Shown here piece by piece: positions 7,972-17,215 of a DNA stretch of 36,633 bases. Under the pieces are notes generated by a model. The model made no database searches and had not been told where the DNA came from. It saw nothing but the letters and a program-made list of their open reading frames with translations. The translations under genes and the position numbers were made by a program. The DNA comes from Candidatus Atribacter fermentans. Lineage in GTDB: Bacteria > Atribacterota > Atribacteria > Atribacterales > Atribacteraceae. Every line of letters starts with the position of its first letter. Position 1 is the first letter of the stretch. Location of the stretch: positions 1 through 36,633 of the forward strand of contig JAAYUT010000131.1 in the NCBI GenBank assembly GCA_012517485.1, given 5' to 3'.

Positions 7972-8646
7972 TTAAAACCTTTTGATTTTCTCCGAGATCT
8001 CGCGCACCTTTTGAGTAATTTTATCCTCATTGGAAAACACCAGGGAACCAGCAGCAATCACTGATGCCCCACAAGAGGCTAAATATTCAATATTATTTTC
8101 ATGAATGCCACCGTCAATTTCAATGAAGGTATTTAAACCTTTCGATTTAATTTTTTTCCTCAGCTGAATAATTTTCTGGTCCATACCTGGAATGATTTTT
8201 TGTCCTCCAAAACCCGGATTAACAGTCATTAAGAGCACCATGTATAATTTCGGTAGAATTTGATCCAGCATATGTACTGGTGTACCAGGAGCAATTGCCA
8301 ATGAAGCCTTCGCACCAGCTTTCAAAATAAGATTAATTAAGAAATCAAAATCAGGGACAACTTCCAGATGAAAACTTATATTATCAGCACCCGCATCAAT
8401 AAAATCGAGGTAACGCTCCTGGGGATTTTGGATCATGAGATGGACATCCAGAAAAGCTTTTGGGAGTATTTTCCGAACCGCTTCGACGATTAAGGTTCCA
8501 AAGGTAATGTTGGGAACAAAATGCCCATCCATGACATCAATATGAATCATCTCTGCTCCGCCCTCTTGAGCCATGAGTAACTGTTCTTTAAGTCGAGAAA
8601 AATCACAGGATAAAATTGAAGGAGCTAATAGTGCCATAAACACCAC
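7972..8646 (-). CDS. rpe: Ribulose-phosphate 3-epimerase
   Basis: APSIL, HIDVMDGHFVPNITFG, DVHLM, MTVNPGFGGQ, IDGG. Confidence 0.97.
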   Translation of the reverse strand: MVFMALLAPSILSCDFSRLKEQLLMAQEGGAEMIHIDVMDGHFVPNITFGTLIVEAVRKILPKAFLDVHLMIQNPQERYLDFIDAGADNISFHLEVVPDFDFLINLILKAGAKASLAIAPGTPVHMLDQILPKLYMVLLMTVNPGFGGQKIIPGMDQKIIQLRKKIKSKGLNTFIEIDGGIHENNIEYLASCGASVIAAGSLVFSNEDKITQKVREISEKIKRF

Positions 8647-8659
8647 CTATTTACACATT

Positions 8660-9697
8660 CTAGAGTTCTTTTTCCCAATAATAATAGCCATTTAAATAAA
8701 TCAGGACTTTCCCTTTTCCTTTGGTTCGAGACGAAATGTCTACCGTTTCTCCACCTTGATGTTGTTCTTCATAAATCACCCGTTCCCCCAATTCATCATT
8801 GACCACAACTCTCACGGTAATGGGAACTCTGGCATCTGGTAAAGCAAATCGAAGGCTTAAGTCTTTTAAATCTTGAATAGCTTTAACGATCTGAAGATTT
8901 ATTGTTTGACCGGCGGAGACTTCCTGACCAGATTCTGGTATCTGTCCAATAATAATCCCGGGATTTCTTTCAGGCATAGCTACTTCTTCAATCTGGCCAA
9001 TCGATAAACCTCTTTCTGCTAAAAGTCGCCTCGCTTCTTCAACTTTTAAACCAATTAAATCAGGAACTAAAATTTTTACCGGTTGAGTTGCAACTGCTAT
9101 CTCCGTACCACCTTTACTTATTAAAAGACTGACTTGATTTCCCAAAGCAAGAGTACTCCCAGCGGGTGGATCCTGGGATATAACCATTCCCTTTAAAACC
9201 TCTTCATGAGTCACTTCCACCACTCGACCCAGTCGATATCCGTTGGCTTCTAAAAGCGTTTGTGCTTCATTTAAACTCAAATCTCGTACATCAGGCACTC
9301 TGCTCATTGTGGTTGCTTGGGTTGCCGTTGGAGCGGCCACTACTCCGCTGGTTTGGGCTTCTCCAATTTGTCCATTCACAACCACTCTGACCTTTCTTCC
9401 TTTTTTGGCTTCGGTTCCCGGAACCGGATCTTGTTCCAAAATCTGGTTTGCCATCTTATCTGAATGGTTTTCTACCCGGGCAACTTCAATCTGTAAACCC
9501 ATTTTTGATGCTAAATTCACTGCGCTTACTAAGTCTTGACTGCGGAAATCCGGCACTGATAATGAGGTCGCATTAACAGAATATTGTAAGAGCATGAGTC
9601 CAAAAAAGCCACTGAGAACAGCTCCTAAACCGAAAGCTATGACCGTTAACAATATTCGTAAAAAAAGGTTCGATTTTTTTACCTTTTTTGCAGTCAC
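8660..9697 (-). CDS. Membrane-anchored PASTA-domain protein (3 PASTA repeats, no kinase domain); likely GTG start at 9697
   Basis: Basic N-terminus plus hydrophobic helix; repeats start VPDFRSQ/VPDVRDL/VPDLIGL, each with Q.P..G; GTG overlaps the rsmB TGA and has a GGAGG SD. Confidence 0.88.
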   Translation of the reverse strand: MTAKKVKKSNLFLRILLTVIAFGLGAVLSGFFGLMLLQYSVNATSLSVPDFRSQDLVSAVNLASKMGLQIEVARVENHSDKMANQILEQDPVPGTEAKKGRKVRVVVNGQIGEAQTSGVVAAPTATQATTMSRVPDVRDLSLNEAQTLLEANGYRLGRVVEVTHEEVLKGMVISQDPPAGSTLALGNQVSLLISKGGTEIAVATQPVKILVPDLIGLKVEEARRLLAERGLSIGQIEEVAMPERNPGIIIGQIPESGQEVSAGQTINLQIVKAIQDLKDLSLRFALPDARVPITVRVVVNDELGERVIYEEQHQGGETVDISSRTKGKGKVLIYLNGYYYWEKEL

Positions 9698-11037
9698 AGT
9701 TTCCTCCACGCCTTCCCAAAAAAACCATCGGAATGAAAATGATGAGGCCAAATCATAAATGATTTCCCATCGGCTATGATAATTGGTTTCAAATCAGTTT
9801 GCAACTGATTTTCTTCAGGAATGGTTACTTCCCATGCCTTTGTAACTTGTCCTTCAAAAGCTTCAACTACTCCCTCGGTTTCTTCTGGAGTGATGGTACA
9901 GACGCAATAAAATATAATACCACTTTTCTTAACGAATGCAGAAGTGTGGCTTAAAAGTTGGAGCTGTTTTTCAGCAAAAGATTTATTATCAGACTCATTT
10001 CTTAAAATTTGAATTTCGGGATTTCTTCGCAGAGTTCCCCAACCAGAACAGGGAGCATCAACAAAAACCCGATCTACATTCAATAATTCTTGAGGAAGGA
10101 ACTGAGTTGCATCAGCGATCATGGTTTGGATTATATCAATTCCCTGACAACGAGCGAGAGCATCAAGGGTTTTTAATTTTTCCTGATTAACGTCTACTGC
10201 ATATATGCGTCCTTGATTTTTCATAATCTGTGCCATCATCAAAGTTTTACCTCCTGAACCACAACCAATATCAAGAATCTTTTCACCTGGTTTGGGAGCA
10301 AAGAGATGAACCATGACTTGAGAACTAAAATCATGAATGGAAAAATATCCTTTTTGGTATTCATCAGTTTGAACCAATTGGGTATAATCCGATTGTGCAC
10401 GGAGAGCATTAGGCAGCAAGGGATATGAGTGAACCACTAAAGAATATTTTTTTGATAATGCCTCAAGAAGTCTTTGAGCATTTGTTTTAAGGGTATTTAC
10501 GCGAAGATAAAGGACCGGAGGAAGAATTAAAGATTTTTTCAATTGGTTCATTTCTTGCTCGGTTAAAAATTTTTTCCAATATCCCTCCAACCATTGGGGA
10601 AGAATCATGTTCCAGTGTTCTGCTTCTTGACACCAACGAGATCTTTCTGTCGCAGCTTTTCGTAAGACGGCGTTAATCAGTTTAATCCAGGGATGGGAAT
10701 TCGTAAGTCGAGCTAATTCAACTGTCTCCGATACCACGGCGTAATCGGGAATACGAGTATCGACTGAAAGCTGAAATAACCCTAAATACATTATGATTTG
10801 AACTTTTTTAGGGAGATTTTTAAGTTTCGGGAGATAGGTTGAGGCTATTTCTTCAAGCTGAGGATAAAATTTCACGATTCCACGAACCAATTGGACCAAA
10901 AAGGATCGATCCGAATTTGAGAGTTGGCCAGTTTTTATCGAGGATGAATAGTATTTATCTAAAAAAATTTGCTCTCCTCGAAAAAGCCGGTTCAATATAT
11001 GGAAGGCTTCTAAGCGAACGTTCACGGTTAGGGGCAA
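9694..11037 (-). CDS. rsmB: 16S rRNA m5C967 methyltransferase RsmB/Sun
   Basis: NusB-like N-domain (INAVLRK), LRVNTLK, GGKT, DAPCSGWG, VCTI.PEE. Confidence 0.93.
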   Translation of the reverse strand: MPLTVNVRLEAFHILNRLFRGEQIFLDKYYSSSIKTGQLSNSDRSFLVQLVRGIVKFYPQLEEIASTYLPKLKNLPKKVQIIMYLGLFQLSVDTRIPDYAVVSETVELARLTNSHPWIKLINAVLRKAATERSRWCQEAEHWNMILPQWLEGYWKKFLTEQEMNQLKKSLILPPVLYLRVNTLKTNAQRLLEALSKKYSLVVHSYPLLPNALRAQSDYTQLVQTDEYQKGYFSIHDFSSQVMVHLFAPKPGEKILDIGCGSGGKTLMMAQIMKNQGRIYAVDVNQEKLKTLDALARCQGIDIIQTMIADATQFLPQELLNVDRVFVDAPCSGWGTLRRNPEIQILRNESDNKSFAEKQLQLLSHTSAFVKKSGIIFYCVCTITPEETEGVVEAFEGQVTKAWEVTIPEENQLQTDLKPIIIADGKSFMIWPHHFHSDGFFGKAWRKL

Positions 11038-11108
11038 AAATCCTTTCGGTTCTTTTCCAAAATTATTTGGAAAGGTCTTGAGACGATTTGTCGTTTGAAT
11101 TTTATTTT

Positions 11109-11789
11109 TTAATCACGACTCTGACGAAGAAGAATTAAACGCAACAATTGAAGAGCGGCCATGGCAGTTGCAGCAACATACGTTAATGCTGCAGCATTGA
11201 GCATTTTCTTGATATCTGGTTGCTCGTCGACAGCAACCAAACCAGAATGAGTCAGAGCCAGGTAAGCTCGTCGGCTGGCATCATATTCCACTGGCAGGGT
11301 AATCACTTGGAATAAAACAGCCAAGCTAAAAAAGAGAATTCCAATATCCATGAGAAAACGAAAAGAAAAAATTAAACCAATAAAAAAGAGTGGAAAAGCA
11401 GCTTGTGAACCGATACTGGCTACAGGAACTAAAATGGAACGTAAAGCAAAAGCTCCATATTTTTCGCGCTTTTGTAATGCATGTCCAACTTCGTGAGCAG
11501 CTATGCTATAGTCTGCAATTGAGCCACCCCTGGCCACATCGGTAGAAAGCCGGAGTACTTCCCGAGACGGATCATAATGATCGGTAAGCTGCCCAGGGGT
11601 TTCTTCAACCCGAAGGGAAAGATTGTTTTGTTGAATAAGCTGCTTGGCAACTTCAAAGCCACTCAAACCAGCTCGAGACTGCTTTTGCGATAGCGTTGCA
11701 TAGGTGCTCTTCACTTTAGATTGTGCATAAAAAGCCAGGATAAGGGCTGGTATTAATAAAATAAATGTGTAATCAAAGGGATAGAACAT
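11109..11789 (-). CDS. Putative neutral zinc metallopeptidase (YugP family), membrane protein; likely start 11789
   Basis: LTDHYDP, AAHEVGHALQ (HExxH), TLPVEYDASRRA, AAALTYVAA. Confidence 0.9.
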   Translation of the reverse strand: MFYPFDYTFILLIPALILAFYAQSKVKSTYATLSQKQSRAGLSGFEVAKQLIQQNNLSLRVEETPGQLTDHYDPSREVLRLSTDVARGGSIADYSIAAHEVGHALQKREKYGAFALRSILVPVASIGSQAAFPLFFIGLIFSFRFLMDIGILFFSLAVLFQVITLPVEYDASRRAYLALTHSGLVAVDEQPDIKKMLNAAALTYVAATAMAALQLLRLILLRQSRD

Positions 11790-11803
11790 ATTCCACATAC
11801 CTC

Positions 11804-12739
11804 CTACTGAAAAACATCTCCAGGTTGAATATGGTATCCGCAGCAAAACTCAAGACTGGATTGAACTTTTTTATTCTCTGGATGTAATTCTTCTATCGCC
11901 AATACCCCATTTCCAGTTCCCACCAATAATCCATCCTTTGGTTCATAGCGAATGATTTGGCCAGGATTGGCTCTTTCTTCATGATGATAAACATGAGCTT
12001 TCATAATTTTTAAACGTTTTTGATGAAAATACCCAAAAGCCCCTGGACAGGGAGCAAAAGCTTTAACTTGTCGAACGATTTCTTCCGCTGAATGATTCCA
12101 ATTGATCTGAAATAGATTTTTAGGAATTTTTCCCGCGTAACTCGCCTGGTCATTCGATTGTGGAATTGGCTCGATCTTTCTTTCAAACCAGGCAGGGAGA
12201 ACTTCCACTAACAATTCTCCACCAATTTTTCCTAATTTTTTTTCTAAAGTACCGCTGTTGTCTGACTCTTCAATGATAACTTCACGGGTGGCTAAAACTG
12301 GTCCAGTATCGATTCCTTCGTCCATTATCATAAGACTCACCCCGGTTTTTTTCTCACCATTCAAAATCGCCCAACGAATTGGGTCCGCACCACGATAACG
12401 AGGGAGTAGTGAGGCATGAACGTTAATACAACCAAAAGGGGCAATTTTGAGTAGTGATGAACGCAAGATTTGTCCATAGGCAGCTACAATGAGAATATCT
12501 GGAGCAATTTCGGAAATGAGATCGAGAAACTCTTTTCGATTCACTTTTTCTGGCTGTAAAACTTTAAACCCACGATCCTGAGACCAGACCTTCACGGGTG
12601 GAGGGGTCAATTTTCTTCCTCTGCCACATTCCCGGTCAGGTTGAGTGATAACAGCAGCAATTTGATATTGAGCATCGACCAGAGAACTGAGCACTCCAAC
12701 CGATAAGGAGGTTGTTCCTAAAAAAATGACCTTTATCAT
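11804..12739 (-). CDS. fmt: Methionyl-tRNA formyltransferase
   Basis: TQPDR..GRG, AAYGQIL, NVHASLLPRYRGA.PI, D.GP. Confidence 0.97.
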   Translation of the reverse strand: MIKVIFLGTTSLSVGVLSSLVDAQYQIAAVITQPDRECGRGRKLTPPPVKVWSQDRGFKVLQPEKVNRKEFLDLISEIAPDILIVAAYGQILRSSLLKIAPFGCINVHASLLPRYRGADPIRWAILNGEKKTGVSLMIMDEGIDTGPVLATREVIIEESDNSGTLEKKLGKIGGELLVEVLPAWFERKIEPIPQSNDQASYAGKIPKNLFQINWNHSAEEIVRQVKAFAPCPGAFGYFHQKRLKIMKAHVYHHEERANPGQIIRYEPKDGLLVGTGNGVLAIEELHPENKKVQSSLEFCCGYHIQPGDVFQ

Positions 12740-13245
12740 TCATGATCACCATTTGAACTTATTCGTGATAATTTACTCGCTAAAACAAATCGGCGAGTTG
12801 GACTTAAACGGTCAATAAAAAGAATCCCATTGAGGTGATCGACTTCGTGCTGGATAATCCGGGCAAATAAGCTCTCAGCCGAAAAATTGAACTGTTTCCC
12901 CTGAACATTTTGAGCTGTCACTTGAATTTTGCGGAACCTATTCACCTTCGAAAATATTCCAGGAACACTTAAACACCCTTCTTCTCCAATTTCTTTTTCC
13001 GGTTCGATTTCTTTCCACTCGGGATTAATCAAAGCCATAACTTCACCAGTATTTGGATTGGTTAAAACAACCACACGCTGAAGAATTCCCACTTGATTAG
13101 CTGCCAATCCCAAACCGGAGTTTTTATGAAGCGTGTCGAACATATCCCGAATAATTTTTTGGACTTTGCCGTCAATATTTTGAACAGGTTCAGCTTTTTG
13201 CCGTAATACCGGGCTTCCATATATCTCAATATTCAGATCCGCCAT
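12736..13245 (-). CDS. def: Peptide deformylase (likely start 13245)
   Basis: GLGLAANQVG, EGCLSVP, QHEVDHLNG. Confidence 0.97.
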   Translation of the reverse strand: MADLNIEIYGSPVLRQKAEPVQNIDGKVQKIIRDMFDTLHKNSGLGLAANQVGILQRVVVLTNPNTGEVMALINPEWKEIEPEKEIGEEGCLSVPGIFSKVNRFRKIQVTAQNVQGKQFNFSAESLFARIIQHEVDHLNGILFIDRLSPTRRFVLASKLSRISSNGDHE

Positions 13246-13338
13246 TGATACCACCTTTTTCATTATATTTCAAATCAACAATACATCATTGATCAACTTT
13301 CTTTGACAACACGAAACCTGGATTTAAAACCAGGTTAT

Positions 13339-13410
13339 CACCCTCATCCCAACCTTCTCCCATATTTCTTTTTTCCTCTCCCCTGGTGGGAGAGGTGGAG
13401 GTGAGGGGGG
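13339..13410. repeat. REP-like palindrome copy 2 with an inverted partial partner (REPIN-like doublet)
   Basis: 13372-13395 is near-identical to 707-730; 13339-13362 is an imperfect reverse complement of 13387-13410. Confidence 0.8.
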
Positions 13411-13495
13411 AGTAGCAAATGAATCTAAGAAAAAAGGGGTTAACAAAACTCCTTAATCTTTACCATCGGTACCCATAAATTGATACAATTCCCGA

Positions 13496-15568
13496 TTAAA
13501 GGCTATCCTTTGCCGAATATGGCAAGGTATTATAAACTTTGAAATCAACCTCAACACCGGAGTTTTTTCGAGCTTCAATGAAAGCTGTCACTTTCTCATA
13601 CAGGGTATCCAAAAGTGATTGGTCAAATTTTATCATGAATTGGTCGCTCAATCCTGATTTTTTCAGATGGCTCTCTCCTGGAAAGGGACCACTCATTTCG
13701 AACTTCTCAACATTCAACTCATTTTTCAACATATTGAGAACCATTTCACGGTCCATCTTATTCCTTGAACGAGCAACCACTTGGAGCAACCCCATACTGG
13801 GCGGGTATCCATATTTTTTTCTTTTTTCTAATTCAATTTTATAAAATTCTGAAGGAGGAAGAAAAAAGGGATCGATAAATTTTTGATATTGCTTAGCGGT
13901 CTCAATTAAAACTCGTGTCGGGTGTTGTTGAGCTGTTCCCAAAAAAAAGAGGGATCGCTGAATGTTCTGATAAAATTTCTCCCGAACTTGAAATTCCGGT
14001 AAAAATAGCCAATCTTCAAAAGAATGGATGATAAAAAGAGTTGAGTGAGTTAAAATTTCTTCATTTAAAGCTGCCGAGGTCCCTACAATAATCATCGGTT
14101 CCACAGTGGTGAAATTGAGCTCGCTTCTTTCTTGATCAGAAGTAACTTTGATTATGGATATCCCAGGAAATATTCTTTTTAAGAATTGATAGACTTTTTC
14201 AATGCCCTCACCCCAAGTTTTCATCCAGGGTCCATGGCATTCCGGACAAAAGCTTTCAGGAACGACTTTCTTCCCACAGCGTGGGCATTGAAGAATCGTC
14301 TCTTTCTGATAAAATCTGAAAGCAACATCGCAATCAGGGCAGGAATAATAAAAACCGCAATCGGAACAACCTAAAGCCACCGAATATCCGGTTTTTTGAA
14401 CCCAGATAACACTATTCTGACGAGAGGTTATATTTTGAGCAAGAGCTTTTTGTACCAATTGAGAAAGAATGCCTTTTTTTTGATCGTAAGTGACTAATTC
14501 CAACTTTTGTTCTTTGCTGGATGTTTTATTCTGCCATCTTTGAAATTCAAAATAACCTTCCTGCAATCCAAAATATTGGGTTAAATCGGGAATGGTCCCA
14601 AGGATATGGAGGTCTCCACCAGTTATTTTGACTTTCTCAATGAGAGAAAAGAAAGAATGATAATGAGGATACCGATCAGAATAATGACCAAAATCTTCGG
14701 GATCGAATAAGACATGAACCCCAACCTGATGAATCGGCAAAAATTGAGCTAAACGAGTGCCCAGCAAAACATCAAAGTGACCCTCTCTGACCATGTGATA
14801 GAGAAGCATTCTTTTTCGGGCTGATAATCTTCCATCAAAAGAAAGAAAACGAAGGAAGGGAAAATTGATTTTGAGATTTTCGAAAAAATAATCTAAAACC
14901 TTTGGACTCGGGAGTAAAATGAAGATTTTCAGACCTCGATGGAAACTATCTTCAATGAGCATCCCTAAAAGTTGCAGGCTCTCAGCCACGGTTCCTCTCT
15001 GCCACCATTTATGAACCCATTTTTGCAAGGGGAGGATAAATTGGTTTTTCTTGTAGTCTTCTTCAACAATGATAGCTCGATTCTTTTTTATCAATTGATT
15101 GATTTTTTGGGTGGGTAGTTTGAATAATTCTTTAAATAGAAATAAATTCATTCCTTGAGAAATAGGATCAATACCATATTTTTTTAAATCAGAAAAATAT
15201 TCACTTTCTTCATTTGGTAAAAAAATTCTTCGCCTTGTCCATTTTTCCCATGACAATTGATACTTGGGGATAAAAAGTTCAAGGGCCTCTCCAAGACTTG
15301 AAAAGGTTTGATGAGCAATATGTTCGGCCAATTTGACCTGCCAGCTCGCAAGGGGTTCAAGGGCAAGGCAGGAAAGAATGCTTTTTAATTTATAATCTTT
15401 TTCATTGAAAACCGGGTAAACCGACCAAACACACCCAAAACGGTGCGAACCGTGAAATTCAACCTCAACTATTGTCCCTGGTTGAATTTTCTCGCTCATT
15501 TCTTGAGGCACATCATAATCAAACATTTTATAAATTGGAAGTGGGAGAGCAACTAAGGCAGAATTCAT
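13496..15568 (-). CDS. priA: Primosomal protein N' (PriA) with degenerate helicase motifs
   Basis: N-terminal FDY.VP/G..V.V.F 3'-binding domain, four CxxC pairs, LGTR, ELEKRKKYGYPP; coaBC-priA-def synteny. Confidence 0.88.
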   Translation of the reverse strand: MNSALVALPLPIYKMFDYDVPQEMSEKIQPGTIVEVEFHGSHRFGCVWSVYPVFNEKDYKLKSILSCLALEPLASWQVKLAEHIAHQTFSSLGEALELFIPKYQLSWEKWTRRRIFLPNEESEYFSDLKKYGIDPISQGMNLFLFKELFKLPTQKINQLIKKNRAIIVEEDYKKNQFILPLQKWVHKWWQRGTVAESLQLLGMLIEDSFHRGLKIFILLPSPKVLDYFFENLKINFPFLRFLSFDGRLSARKRMLLYHMVREGHFDVLLGTRLAQFLPIHQVGVHVLFDPEDFGHYSDRYPHYHSFFSLIEKVKITGGDLHILGTIPDLTQYFGLQEGYFEFQRWQNKTSSKEQKLELVTYDQKKGILSQLVQKALAQNITSRQNSVIWVQKTGYSVALGCSDCGFYYSCPDCDVAFRFYQKETILQCPRCGKKVVPESFCPECHGPWMKTWGEGIEKVYQFLKRIFPGISIIKVTSDQERSELNFTTVEPMIIVGTSAALNEEILTHSTLFIIHSFEDWLFLPEFQVREKFYQNIQRSLFFLGTAQQHPTRVLIETAKQYQKFIDPFFLPPSEFYKIELEKRKKYGYPPSMGLLQVVARSRNKMDREMVLNMLKNELNVEKFEMSGPFPGESHLKKSGLSDQFMIKFDQSLLDTLYEKVTAFIEARKNSGVEVDFKVYNTLPYSAKDSL

Positions 15569-15569
15569 A

Positions 15570-16787
15570 TTATGAAAAATAAAAAGCTCCTATCTGGTCG
15601 ATAATGATTTCAGCCAATTCCATTTTAGACATCAAAGGAATATCAATCATTTCACCATTTTTGTTGAGAAACCACGCTTTATTTTTATCCACCTCGAAAC
15701 CACTTTCCCCTGTTAAAATTTGATTGGCAACCATCACATCACAATTTTTCTGTTGCAATTTTTGACGAGCTTCGGTGACAATATCTCCATCTTCAGCACA
15801 GAATCCAACTAAAACTTGAGAAACCTTCCGGCGTCCCAGTTCAGAGAGAATATCAGGATTTTGAATTAAATTTAATATCAATTCGCTTTTACCTTGTTTT
15901 TTTATTTTCACTGTTGATATATTTGAAGGTCGATAATCAGCTACTGCAGCATTCATAATACAAATATCAGTTTTATCATATTGTTCAAGAACCGCAGTTT
16001 TCAAATCCTGGGTTGAAACAATTGGAAGAAAGTGAATACCAGAGGGAATTCTCACCGACATTGGGCCAGCAATCAAGGTTACATCAGCTCCACGAGCCCG
16101 AGCAGCAGCTGCCAGCGAACATCCCATCAAACCACTGGAAGAATTGGTTAGATAACGGATAGGATCGATATATTCACGAGTTGGTCCGGCCGTTATGAGT
16201 ACTTTTTTCCCTTGAAGAGGTTGAGGAGAACAAAGGAGATAGTAAAGGGCTTCTAAAAATTCCTCTTGCTCGGGAAGGCGACCTTCCCCTCTTTCTCCGC
16301 AAGCCAAATTTCCAGACGAGGGGATTATGACCCGAACTCCAATTGCAATCAACTTTTTTATATTCTCTTGGACAATTGGATTATGCCACATATCAACATT
16401 CATTGCTGGAGCGAATATGACTTTCTTCGGGTCAACGAAAAAACAGCTGCTTAGCAAATCATCACCAATCCCCCCGGCCATTTTGCCGATAATATTGGCA
16501 GTAGCTGGTGCTACCACGAAGCATTCATATTCTCTCATCAAATGAATATGAAGAATCTTTTCTCCGGATTCAAATAAGTCAGTATAAACTGGTTTACGAG
16601 TTAATGCACTGAAAGTATTTTTTCCAATAAACTGCTGAGCTGACTCGGTCATAATAACTTGGATATCCGAACCAGCTTGTACCAAGTGACTGACATATCC
16701 AGCTACTTTAAAGGCAGAAATCCCACCAGTAATCCCAAATAGGAGCTTTTTATTTTTCCAGAATTGCGGTGGATAATAGATATTCAT
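15570..16787 (-). CDS. coaBC: Bifunctional PPC decarboxylase/PPC synthetase
   Basis: GITGGISAFK, APATAN, PAMNVDMW, LACG..GEGR, TAGPTRE.IDPIRY..N.SSG, AAVADY. Confidence 0.97.
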   Translation of the reverse strand: MNIYYPPQFWKNKKLLFGITGGISAFKVAGYVSHLVQAGSDIQVIMTESAQQFIGKNTFSALTRKPVYTDLFESGEKILHIHLMREYECFVVAPATANIIGKMAGGIGDDLLSSCFFVDPKKVIFAPAMNVDMWHNPIVQENIKKLIAIGVRVIIPSSGNLACGERGEGRLPEQEEFLEALYYLLCSPQPLQGKKVLITAGPTREYIDPIRYLTNSSSGLMGCSLAAAARARGADVTLIAGPMSVRIPSGIHFLPIVSTQDLKTAVLEQYDKTDICIMNAAVADYRPSNISTVKIKKQGKSELILNLIQNPDILSELGRRKVSQVLVGFCAEDGDIVTEARQKLQQKNCDVMVANQILTGESGFEVDKNKAWFLNKNGEMIDIPLMSKMELAEIIIDQIGAFYFS

Positions 16788-16978
16788 GTCGTCTCCTTAG
16801 ACCATTTAATTTTGTCTTCAGCAACCTCTTTTAAGGCAATAAGAAGTGGTTTGGTTGTTGGTTGAGTTTCAACCAGAGGTTTGGCGCCTTGGTTAAGTTG
16901 TTTAGAACGTTTAGCAACTATTGTGGTTAAATAATAACGGTTTCCAGCTTTCTTGATCAATTCGTCAATGGACAGCAT
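16784..16978 (-). CDS. rpoZ: RNA polymerase omega subunit (likely start 16978, 64 aa)
   Basis: SIDELI...NRYYL...AKR..QL, KPL.IALKE; GGGGTGA SD; between gmk and coaBC. Confidence 0.93.
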   Translation of the reverse strand: MLSIDELIKKAGNRYYLTTIVAKRSKQLNQGAKPLVETQPTTKPLLIALKEVAEDKIKWSKETT

Positions 16979-17050
16979 AATCTCACCCCAATCTATTGGT
17001 TTTATCCTCCTTGAATGGTGCACAAGCAGCATGTCAGTCTATCCTGAAAT

Positions 17051-17215
17051 GCTTTCATTTATCTATTCGACCCTATTCCTTTAATGCATGACAACTCAAT
17101 TGGAAGGGAATGGCTGAATCATCTCTACAAGAATGCAGTGTTCAATTCAGATTAAATCTTGATCTAGTCATTGAGTGTTCCTCTTCAACAAGGCAGCACA
17201 GAGAAAGAAATGAGC
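17051..17215 (-). ncRNA. Candidate structured RNA (rod with internal bubble) between gmk and rpoZ
   Basis: Nested complementary blocks found by eye; several mismatches become G-U pairs on the minus strand; no family assignment. Confidence 0.25.

Noticed and set aside
11057-11096. Small AT-rich hairpins upstream of rsmB
   Set aside because: Weak stems with no U-tract on the coding strand; not distinguishable from chance
16979-17032. 18-aa N-terminal extension of RpoZ in the ORF track
   Set aside because: The downstream ATG at 16978 has its own SD and matches the normal omega start
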